From Eledone cirrhosa (taxonomy: Eukaryota), in contig OZ024750.1 of NCBI GenBank assembly GCA_964016885.1, forward strand, positions 38,564,001 to 38,628,000: 64,000 bases of DNA, written 5' to 3'. Position numbers and translations under genes: made by a program. This document shows positions 52,601 through 64,000 of the stretch, one piece after another; within the stretch, counting starts at the first letter, position 1; every line of letters starts with the position of its first letter. The notes under the pieces are model-generated. The model was not told the origin of the DNA. It was given only the letters and a program-made list of their open reading frames with translations, and did no database searches.

Positions 52601-55600
52601 TAGTAATGTAGGTACTTGACAGTGTCTAGTAATGTAGGTACTGGACAGTGTCGAGTAATGTAGGTACTGGACAGTGTGTAATAGTGTAGGTACTGGACAG
52701 TGTCTAGTAACGTAGGAACTGGACAGTGTCTAGTAGTGTAGGTATTGGACAGTGTCTAGTATGTAGGTACAGGACAGTGTCTAGTATTGTAAGTACAGGA
52801 CAATGTCTAATAATGTAGGTACAGTACAGTGGCTAGTAATGTAGGTACAGGACAGTGTCTAGTAGTGTAGGTACTGGAGAGTGTCTAGTAGTGTAGGTAC
52901 AGGACAATGTCTAGTAATGTAGGTAAGGGACAGTGTCTAGTAGCGTAGGTACAGGACAGTGTCTAGTAGTGTAGGTACAGGACAGTGTCTAGTAGTGTAG
53001 GTACAGGACAGTGTCTAGTAATGTAGGTACAGGACAGTGACTAGTAATGTAGGTACTGGACAGTGTCTAATAATGTAGGTACAGGACAGTGTCTAGTAGT
53101 GTAGATACAGGACAGTGTCTAGTAATGTTGGTACTGGACAGTGTCTAGTAATGTAGGTACAGGACAGTGTCTAATAGTGTAGGTACTGGACAGTGTCTAG
53201 TAATGTAGGAACTGGACAGTGTCTAGTAGTGTAGGTACTGGACAGTGTCTAGTATGTAGGTACAGGACAGTGTCTAGTAGAGTAAGTACAGGACAATGTC
53301 TAATAATGTAGGTACAGGACAGTGTCTAGTAATGTAGGTACAGGACAGTGTCTAGTAGTGTAGGTACTGGAGAGTGTCTAGTAGTGTAGGTACAGGACAA
53401 TGTCTAGTAATGTAGGTACAGGACAGTGTCTAGTAGCGTAGGTACAGGACAGTGTCTAGTAGTGTAGGTACAGGACAGTGTCTAGTAGTGTAGGTACAGG
53501 ACAGTGTCTAGTAATGTAGGTACAGGACAGTGACTAGTAATGTAGGTACTGGACAGTGTCTAATAATGTAGGTACAGGACAGTGTCTAGTAATGTAGGTA
53601 CAGGACAGTGTCTAGTAGTGTAGGTACAGGATAGTGTATAGTAATGTAGGTACTGGACAGTGTCTAGTAATGTAGGTACTGGACAGTGTCTAGTAATGTA
53701 GGTACTGGACAGTGTCTAGTAATGTAGGTACAGCACAGTGACTAGTAATGTAGGTACTGGACAGTGTCTAGTAATGTAGGTACAGGACAGTGTCTTGTAA
53801 TGTAGGTAGTGGACAGTGTCTAGTAATGTACGTACAGGACAGTGTCTAGTAATGTAGGTACTTGACAGTGTCTAGTAGTGTAAGTACTTGACAGTGTCTA
53901 GTAGCGTAGGTACAAGACAGTGTCTAGTAATGTAGGTACTCTACAGTGACTAGTAATGTAGGTACAGGACAGTGTCTAGTAATGTAGGTACTTGACAGTG
54001 ACTAGTAATGTAGGTACTTGACAGTGTCTAGTAATGTAGGTACTTGACAGTGTCTAGTAATGTAGGTACTGGACAGTGTCGAGTAATGTAGGTACTGGAC
54101 AGTGTGTAATAGTGTAGGTACTGGACAGTGTCTAGTAACGTAGGAACTGGACAGTGTCTAGTAGTGTAGGTAGTGGACAGTGTCTAGTATGTAGGTACAG
54201 GACAGTGTCTAGTATAGTAAGTACAGGAAAATTTCTAATAATGTAGGTACAGGACAGTGGCTAGTAATGTAGGTACAGGACAGTGTCTAGTAGTGTAGGT
54301 ACTGGAGAGTGTCTAGTAGTGTAGGTACAGGACAATGTCTAGTAATGTAGGTACAGGACTGTGTCTAGTAGCGTAGGTACAGGACAGTGTCTAGTAGTGT
54401 AGGTACAGGACAGTGTCTAGTAGTGTAGGTACAGCACAGTGTCTAGTAATGTAGGTACAGGACAGTGACTAGTAATGTAGGTACTGGACAGTGTCTAATA
54501 ATGTAGGTACAGGACAGTGTCTAGTAGTGTAGATACAGGACAGTGTCTAGTAATGTAGGTACTGGAGAGTGTCTAGTAATGTAGGTACAGGACAGTGTCT
54601 AATAGTGTAGGTACTGGACAGTGTCTAGTAATGTAAGTACAGGACAGTGTCTAGTAATGTAGGTACAGGATAGTGTCTAGTAATGTAGGTAGTGGACAGT
54701 GTCTAGTAATGTAGGTACAGGACAGTGTATAGTAATGTAGGTACAGGACAGTGTCTAGTTATGTAGGTACTGGACAGTGTCTAGTAATGTAGGTACTGGA
54801 CACTGTCTAGTAATGTAGGTACCGGACAGTGTCTAGTAATGTGGGTACAGAAGAGTGTCTAGTAATCTAGGTACTTGACAGTGTCTAGTAATGTAGGTAC
54901 TGGACAGTGTCTAGTAATATAGGTACAGGACAGTGTCTACTAATGTAGGTACAGGACAGTGTCTAGTTATGTAGGTACCGGACAGTGTCAAGTAATGTAG
55001 GTACAGAAGAGTGTCTAGTAATCTAGGTACTTGACAGTGTCTAGTAATGTAGGTACTGGACAGTGTCTAGTAATGTAGGTACAGGACAGTGTCTAGTGTA
55101 CTGGACAGTGTCTAGTAGTGTAGGTACTGGACAGTGTCTAGTAATGTAGGTACAAGACACTGTCTAGTAGTGTAGGTACAGGACAGTGTCTAGTAATGTA
55201 GGTATAGGACAGTGTCTAGTAATGTAGGTACTGGACAGTGTCTAGTAGTGTAGGTACAGGACAGTGTCTAGTAATGTAGGTACTGGACAGTGTCTAGTAA
55301 TGTAGGTACTGGACAGTGTCTAGTAATGTAGGTACTGGACAGTGTCTAGTAGTGTAGGTACAGGACAGTGTCTAGTAATGTCGGTACAGGACAGTGTCTA
55401 GTAGTGTAGGTACAGGACAGTGTATAGTAATGTAGGTATAGGACAGTGTCTAGTAATGTAGGTACTGGACAGTGTCTAGTAATGTAGGTACTGGACAGTG
55501 TCTAGTAGTGTAGGTACAGGACAATGTCTAGTAATGTAGGTACTGGACAGTGTCTAGTAATGTAGGTACTGGACAGTGTCTAGTAATGTAGGTACTGGAC

Positions 55601-58600
55601 AGTGTCTAGTAATGTAGGTACAGGACAGTGACTAGTAATGTAGGTACAGGACAGTGTCTAGTAATGTAGGTACAGGACAGTGTCTAGTAATGTATATACA
55701 GAAGAGTGTCTAGTAATCTAGGTACTTGACAGTGTCTAGTAATGTAGGTACTGGACAGTGTCTAGTAGTGTAGGTACAGGTCAGTGTCTAGTAGTGTAGG
55801 TACAGGACAGTGTCTAGTAGTGTAGGTACAGGACAGTGTCTAGTAATGTAGGTACTGGACAGTGTCTAGTAATGTAGGTACTGGACAGTGTCTAGTAATG
55901 TAGGTACTGGACAGTGTCTAGTAGTGTAGGTACAGGACAGTGTCTAGTAATGTAGGTACCCGACAGTGTCTAGTAGTGTAGGTACAGGACAGTGTCTAGT
56001 TATGTAGGTATAGGACAGTGTCTAGTAATGTAGGTACTGGACAGTGTCTAGTAATGTAGGTACTGGACAGTGTCTAGTAGTGTAGGTACAGGACAGTGTC
56101 TAGTAATGTAGGTACAGGACAGTGTCTAGTAGTGTAGGTACAGGACAGTGTCTAGTAATGTAGGTACAGGACAGTGACTAGTAATGTAGGTACAGGACAG
56201 TGTCTGGTAATGTAGGTACTGTACAGTGTCTAGTAGCGTAGATACAGGACAATGTCTAGTAATGTAGGTACTGGAGAGTGTCTAGTAATGTAGGTACAGG
56301 ACAGTGTCTAATAGTGTAGGTACTGGACGGTGTCTAGTAATGTAGGAACTGGACAGTGTCTAGTAGTGTAGGTACTGGACAGTGTCTAGTATGTAGGTAC
56401 AGGACAGTGTCTAGTAGAGTAAGTACAGGACAATGTCTAATAATGTAGGTACAGGACAGTGTCTAGTAATGTAGGTACAGGACAGTGTCTAGTAGTGTAG
56501 GTACTGGAGAGTGTCTAGTAGTGTAGGTACAGGACAATGTCTAGTAATGTAGGTACAGGACAATGTCTAGTAGCGTAGGTACAGGACAGTGTCTAGTAGT
56601 GTAGGTACAGGACAGTGTCTTGTAGTGTAGGTACAGGACAGTGTCTAGTAATGTAGGTACAGGACAGTGACTAGTAATGTAGGTACTGGACAGTGTCTAA
56701 TAATGTAGGTACAGGACAGTGTCTAGTAATGTAGGTACAGGACAGTGTCTAGTAGTGTAGGTACAGGACAGTGTCTAGTAATGTAGGTACTGGACAGTGT
56801 CTAGTAATGTAGGTACTGGACAGTGTCTAGTAATGTAGGTACAGCACAGTGACTAGTAATGTAGGTACTGGACAGTGTCTAGTAATGTAGGTACAGGACA
56901 GTGTCTAGTAATGTAGGTAGTGGACAGTGTCTAGTAATGTAGGTACAGGACAGTGTCTAGTAATGTAGGTACTTGACAGTGTCTAGTAGTGTAGGTACTT
57001 GACAGTGTCTAGTAGCGTAGGTACAAGACAGTGTCTAGTAATGTAGGTACTCTACAGTGACTAGTAATGTAGGTACAGGACAGTGTCTAGTAATGTAGGT
57101 ACTTGACAGTGACTAGTAATGTAGGTACTTGACAGTGTCTAGTAATGTAGGTACTTGACATTGTCTAGTAATGTAGGTACTGGACAGTGTCGAGTAATGT
57201 AGGTACTGGACAGTGTGTAATAGTGTAGGTACTGGACAGTGTCTAGTAACGTAGGAACTGGACAGTGTCTAGTAGTGTAGGTAGTGGACAGTGTCTAGTA
57301 TGTAGGTACAGGACAGTGTCTAGTATAGTAAGTACAGGACAATGTCTAATAATGTAGGTACAGTACAGTGGCTAGTAATGTAGGTACAGGACAGTGTCTA
57401 GTAGTGTAGGTACTGGAGAGTGTCTAGTAGTGTAGGTACAGGACAATGTCTAGTAATGTAGGTAAGGGACAGTGTCTAGTAGCGTAGGTACAGGACAGTG
57501 TCTAGTAGTGTAGGTACAGGACAGTGTCTAGTAGTGTAGGTACAGGACAGTGTCTAGTAATGTAGGTACAGGACAGTGACTAGTAATGTAGGTACTGGAC
57601 AGTGTCTAATAATGTAGGTACAGGACAGTGTCTAGTAGTGTAGATACAGGACAGTGTCTAGTAATGTTGGTACTGGACAGTGTCTAGTAATGTAGGTACA
57701 GGACAGTGTCTAATAGTGTAGGTACTGGACAGTGTCTAGTAATGTAGGAACTGGACAGTGTCTAGTAGTGTAGGTACTGGACAGTGTCTAGTATGTAGGT
57801 ACAGGACAGTGTCTAGTAGAGTAAGTACAGGACAATGTCTAATAATGTAGGTACAGGACAGTGTCTAGTAATGTAGGTACAGGACAGTGTCTAGTAGTGT
57901 AGGTACTGGAGAGTGTCTAGTAGTTTAGGTACAGGACAATGTCTAGTAATGTAGGTACAGGACAGTGTCTAGTAGCGTAGGTACAGGACAGTGTCTAGTA
58001 GTGTAGGTACAGGACAGTGTCTAGTAGTGTAGGTACAGGACAGTGTCTAGTAATGTAGGTACAGGACAGTGACTAGTAATGTAGGTACTGGACAGTGTCT
58101 AATAATGTAGGTACAGGACAGTGTCTAGTAATGTAGGTACAGGACAGTGTCTAGTAGTGTAGGTACAGGACAGTGTATAGTAATGTAGGTACTGGACAGT
58201 GTCTAGTAATGTAGGTACTGGACAGTGTCTAGTAATGTAGGTACAGCACAGTGACTAGTAATGTAGGTACTGGACAGTGTCTAGTAATGTAGGTACAGGA
58301 CAGTGTCTTGTAATGTAGGTAGTGGACAGTGTCTAGTAATGTACGTACAGGACAGTGTCTAGTAATGTAGGTACTTGACAGTGTCTAGTAGTGTAGGTAC
58401 TTGACAGTGTCTAGTAGCGTAGGTACAAGACAGTGTCTAGTAATGTAGGTACTCTACAGTGACTAGTAATGTAGGTACAGGACAGTGTCTAGTAATGTAG
58501 GTACTTGACAGTGACTAGTAATGTAGGTACTTGACAGTGTCTAGTAATGTAGGTACTTGACAGTGTCTAGTAATGTAGGTACTGGACAGTGTCGAGTAAT

Positions 58601-61600
58601 GTAGGTACTGGACAGTGTGTAATAGTGTAGGTACTGGACAGTGTCTAGTAACGTAGGAACTGGACAGTGTCTAGTAGTGTAGGTAGTGGACAGTGTCTAG
58701 TATGTAGGTACAGGACAGTGTCTAGTATAGTAAGTACAGGAAAATTTCTAATAATGTAGGTACAGGACAGTGGCTAGTAATGTAGGTACAGGACAGTGTC
58801 TAGTAGTGTAGGTACTGGAGAGTGTCTAGTAGTGTAGGTACAGGACAATGTCTAGTAATGTAGGTACAGGACTGTGTCTAGTAGCGTAGGTACAGGACAG
58901 TGTCTAGTAGTGTAGGTACAGGACAGTGTCTAGTAGTGTAGGTACAGGACAGTGTCTAGTAATGTAGGTACAGGACAGTGACTAGTAATGTAGGTACTTC
59001 ACAGTGTCTAGTAATGTAGGTACTTGACAGTGTCTAGTAATGTAGGTACTGGACAGTGTCGAGTAATGTAGGTACTGGACAGTGTGTAATAGTGTAGGTA
59101 CTGGACAGTGTCTAGTAACGTAGGAACTGGACAGTGTCTAGTAGTGTAGGTAGTGGACAGTGTCTAGTATGTAGGTACAGGACAGTGTATAGTATAGTAA
59201 GTACAGGACAATGTCTAATAATGTAGGTACAGTACAGTGGCTAGTAATGTAGGTACAGGACAGTGTCTAGTAGTGTAGGTACTGGAGAGTGTCTAGTAGT
59301 GTAGGTACAGGACAATGTCTAGTAATGTAGGTAAGGGACAGTGTCTAGTAGCGTAGGTACAGGACAGTGTCTAGTAGTGTAGGTACAGGACAGTGTCTAG
59401 TAGTGTAGGTACAGGACAGTGTCTAGTAATGTAGGTACAGGACAGTGACTAGTAATGTAGGTACTGGACAGTGTCTAATAATGTAGGTACAGGACAGTGT
59501 CTAGTAGTGTAGATACAGGACAGTGTCTAGTAATGTTGGTACTGGACAGTGTCTAGTAATGTAGGTACAGGACAGTGTCTAATAGTGTAGGTACTGGACA
59601 GTGTCTAGTACTGTAGGAACTGGACAGTGTCTAGTAGTGTAGGTACTGGACAGTGTCTAGTATGTAGGTACAGGACAGTGTCTAGTAGAGTAAGTACAGG
59701 ACAATGTCTAATAATGTAGGTACAGGACAGTGTCTAGTAATGTAGGTACAGGACAGTGTCTAGTAGTGTAGGTACTGGAGAGTGTCTAGTAGTGTAGGTA
59801 CAGGACAATGTCTAGTAATGTAGGTACAGGACAGTGTCTAGTAGCGTAGGTACAGGACAGTGTCTAGTAGTGTAGGTACAGGACAGTGTCTAGTAGTGTA
59901 GGTACAGGACAGTGTCTAGTAATGTAGGTACAGGACAGTGACTAGTAATGTAGGTACTGGACAGTGTCTAATAATGTAGGTACAGGACAGTGTCTAGTAA
60001 TGTAGGTACAGGACAGTGTCTAGTAGTGTAGGTACAGGACAGTGTATAGTAATGTAGGTACTGGACAGTGTCTAGTAATGTAGGTACTGGACAGTGTCTA
60101 GTAATGTAGGTACTGGACAGTGTCTAGTAATGTAGGTACAGCACAGTGACTAGTAATGTAGGTACTGGACAGTGTCTAGTAATGTAGGTACAGGACAGTG
60201 TCTTGTAATGTAGGTAGTGGACAGTGTCTAGTAATGTACGTACAGGACAGTGTCTAGTAATGTAGGTACTTGACAGTGTCTAGTAGTGTAGGTACTTGAC
60301 AGTGTCTAGTAGCGTAGGTACAAGACAGTGTCTAGTAATGTAGGTACTCTACAGTGACTAGTAATGTAGGTACAGGACAGTGTCTAGTAATGTAGGTACT
60401 TGACAGTGACTAGTAATGTAGGTACTTGACAGTGTCTAGTAATGTAGGTACTTGACAGTGTCTAGTAATGTAGGTACTGGACAGTGTCGAGTAATGTAGG
60501 TACTGGACAGTGTGTAATAGTGTAGGTACTGGACAGTGTCTAGTAACGTAGGAACTGGACAGTGTCTAGTAGTGTAGGTAGTGGACAGTGTCTAGTATGT
60601 AGGTACAGGACAGTGTCTAGTATAGTAAGTACAGGAAAATTTCTAATAATGTAGGTACAGGACAGTGGCTAGTAATGTAGGTACAGGACAGTGTCTAGTA
60701 GTGTAGGTACTGGAGAGTGTCTAGTAGTGTAGGTACAGGACAATGTCTAGTAATGTAGGTACAGGACTGTGTCTAGTAGCGTAGGTACAGGACAGTGTCT
60801 AGTAGTGTAGGTACAGGACAGTGTCTAGTAGTGTAGGTACAGGACAGTGTCTAGTAATGTAGGTACAGGACAGTGACTAGTAATGTAGGTACTGGACAGT
60901 GTCTAATAATGTAGGTACAGGACAGTGTATAGTAATGTAGGTACAGGACAGTGTCTAGTAGTGTAGATACAGGACAGTGTCTAGTAATATAGGTACTGGA
61001 GAGTGTCTAGTAATGTAGGTACAGGACAGTGTCTAATAGTGTAGGTACTGGACAGTGTCTAGTAATGTAAGTACAGGACAGTGTCTAGTAATGTAGGTAC
61101 AGGATAGTGTCTAGTAATGTAGGTAGTGGACAGTGTCTAGTAATGTAGGTACAGGACAGTGTATAGTAATGTAGGTACAGGACAGTGTCTAGTTATGTAG
61201 GTACTGGACAGTGTCTAGTAATGTAGGTACTGGACACTGTCTAGTAATGTAGGTACCGGACAGTGTCTAGTAATGTGGGTACAGAAGAGTGTCTAGTAAT
61301 CTAGGTACTTGACAGTGTCTAGTAATGTAGGTACTGGACAGTGTCTAGTAATATAGGTACAGGACAGTGTCTACTAATGTAGGTACAGGACAGTGTCTAG
61401 TTATGTAGGTACCGGACAGTGTCTAGTAATGTAGGTACAGAAGAGTGTCTAGTAATCTAGGTACTTGACAGTGTCTAGTAATGTAGGTACTGGACAGTGT
61501 CTAGTAATGTAGGTACAGGACAGTGTCTAGTGTACTGGACAGTGTCTAGTAGTGTAGGTACTGGACAGTGTCTAGTAATGTAGGTACAAGACAGTGTCTA

Positions 61601-64000
61601 GTAGTGTAGGTACAGGACAGTGTCTAGTAATGTAGGTATAGGACAGTGTCTAGTAATGTAGGTACTGGACAGTGTCTAGTAGTGTAGGTACAGGACAGTG
61701 TCTAGTAATGTAGGTACTGGACAGTGTCTAGTAATGTAGGTACTGGACAGTGTCTAGTAATGTAGGTACTGGACAGTGTCTAGTAGTGTAGGTACAGGAC
61801 AGTGTCTAGTAATGTCGGTACAGGACAGTGTCTAGTAGTGTAGGTACAGGACAGTGTCTAGTAATGTAGGTATAGGACAGTGTCTAGTAATGTAGGTACT
61901 GGACAGTGTCTAGTAATGTAGGTACTGGACAGTGTCTAGTAGTGTAGGTACAGGACAATGTCTAGTAATGTAGGTACTGGACAGTGTCTAGTAATGTAGG
62001 TACTGGACATTGTCTAGTAATGTAGGTACTGGACAGTGTCTAGTAATGTAGGTACAGGACAGTGACTAGTAATGTAGGTACAGGACAGTGTCTAGTAATG
62101 TAGGTACAGGACAGTGTCTAGTAATGTATGTACAGAAGAGTGTCTAGTAATCTAGGTACTTGACAGTGTCTAGTAATGTAGGTACTGGACAGTGTCTAGT
62201 AGTGTAGGTACAGGACAGTGTCTAGTAGTGTAGGTACAGGACAGTGTCTAGTAGTGTAGGTACAGGACAGTGTCTAGTAATGTAGGTACTGGACAGTGTC
62301 TAGTAATGTAGGTACAGGACAGTGTCTAGTAATGTAGGTACAGGACAGTGTCTAGTAGTGTAGGTACAGGACAGTGTCTAGTAATGTAGGTACTGGACAG
62401 TGTCTAGTAATGTAGGTACTGGACAGTGTCTAGTAATGTAGGTACTGGACAGTGTCTAGTAATGTAGGTACAGGTCAGTGACTAGTAGTGTAGGTACAGG
62501 ACAGTGACTAGTAATGTAGGTACTGGACAGTGTCTAGTAATGTAGGTACAGGACAGTGTCTAGTAATGTAGGTACTGGACAGTGTCTAGTAATGTAGGTA
62601 CAGGACAGTGTCTAGTAATGTAGGTACTTGACAGTGTCTAGTAGTGTAGGTACTTGACAGTGTCTAGTAATGTAGGTACTCGACAGTGTCTAGTAATGTA
62701 GGTACAGGACAGTGTCTAGTGTACTGGACAGTGTCTAGTAGTGTAGGTACTGGACAGTGTCTAGTAATGTAAGTACAGGACAGTGTCTAGTAATGTAGGT
62801 ACAGGATAGTGTCTAGTAATGTAGGTAGTGGACAGTGTCTAGTAATGTAGGTACAGGACAGTGTATAGTAATGTAGGTACAGGACAGTGTCTAGTTATGT
62901 AGGTACTGGACAGTGTCTAGTAATGTAGGTACTGGACACTGTCTAGTAATGTAGGTACCGGACAGTGTCTAGTAATGTGGGTACAGAAGAGTGTCTAGTA
63001 ATCTAGGTACTTGACAGTGTCTAGTAATGTAGGTACTGGACAGTGTCTAGTAATATAGGTACAGGACAGTGTCTACTAATGTAGGTACAGGACAGTGTCT
63101 AGTTATGTAGGTACCGGACAGTGTCTAGTAATGTAGGTACAGAAGAGTGTCTAGTAATCTAGGTACTTGACAGTGTCTAGTAATGTAGGTACTGGATAGT
63201 GTCTAGTAATGTAGGTACAGGACAGTGTCTAGTGTACTGGACAGTGTCTAGTAGTGTAGGTACTGGACAGTGTCTAGTAATGTAGGTACAAGACAGTGTC
63301 TAGTAGTGTAGGTACAGGACAGTGTCTAGTAATGTAGGTATAGGACAGTGTCTAGTAATGTAGGTACTGGACAGTGTCTAGTAGTGTAGGTACAGGACAG
63401 TGTCTAGTAATGTAGGTACTGGACAGTGTCTAGTAATGTAGGTACTGGACAGTGTCTAGTAATGTAGGTACTGGACAGTGTCTAGTAGTGTAGGTACAGG
63501 ACAGTGTCTAGTAATGTCGGTACAGGACAGTGTCTAGTAGTGTAGGTACAGGACAGTGTCTAGTAATGTAGGTATAGGACAGTGTCTAGTAATGTAGGTA
63601 CTGGACAGTGTCTAGTAATGTAGGTACTGGACAGTGTCTAGTAGTGTAGGTACAGGACAGTGTCTAGTAGTGTAGGTACAGGACAGTGTCTAGTAGTGTA
63701 GGTACAGGACAGTGTCTAGTAATGTAGGTACTGGACAGTGTCTAGTAATGTAGGTACAGGACAGTGTCTAGTAATGTAGGTACAGGACAGTGTCTAGTAG
63801 TGTAGGTACAGGACAGTGTCTAGTAATGTAGGTACTGGACAGTGTCTAGTAATGTAGGTACTGGACAGTGTCTAGTAATGTAGGTACTGGACAGTGTCTA
63901 GTAATGTAGGTACAGGTCAGTGACTAGTAGTGTAGGTACAGGACAGTGACTAGTAATGTAGGTACTGGACAGTGTCTAGTAATGTAGGTACAGGACAGTG
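46640..64000. repeat. Satellite array B, 26-bp monomer GGACAGTGTCTAGTAATGTAGGTAC(A/T), about 670 units; degenerate fringe from ~46520; continues beyond the right edge
   Basis: Uninterrupted 26-bp period with many point variants and occasional 25-bp and 19-bp deleted units. Confidence 0.99.

Overview
Repeat-dominated eukaryotic (metazoan) genomic DNA. The SINE and LINE-tail families resemble those of octopus/coleoid cephalopods; this is my recollection and inference, not a database result. About 77% of the window is two tandem arrays: a 30/32-bp satellite (1-~31870, running off the left edge) and a 26-bp satellite (~46640-64000, running off the right edge). Both show higher-order structure. 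The ~15-kb island between them holds one credible protein-coding gene, a + strand testis-specific serine/threonine kinase (TSSK)-like CAMK kinase. It has two visible coding exons (34821 or 34808-35122; 41096-41728), a 6-kb intron and an unresolved 5' end. The island also contains three minisatellites, many tRNA-derived SINEs, RTE-type LINE fragments, microsatellites and a nested ~1.4-kb palindrome. The most notable observation is a 2-kb intronic 29-bp array that appears to be an amplified Pol III A-box head of a SINE (~68 A-boxes in front of one B-box). Other points are the nested palindromes, a minisatellite fused to the kinase exon start, and a possible inverted relationship between the two big satellites. 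Nearly all listed ORFs are repeat artefacts. I see no CRISPR array, rRNA or bona fide tRNA.
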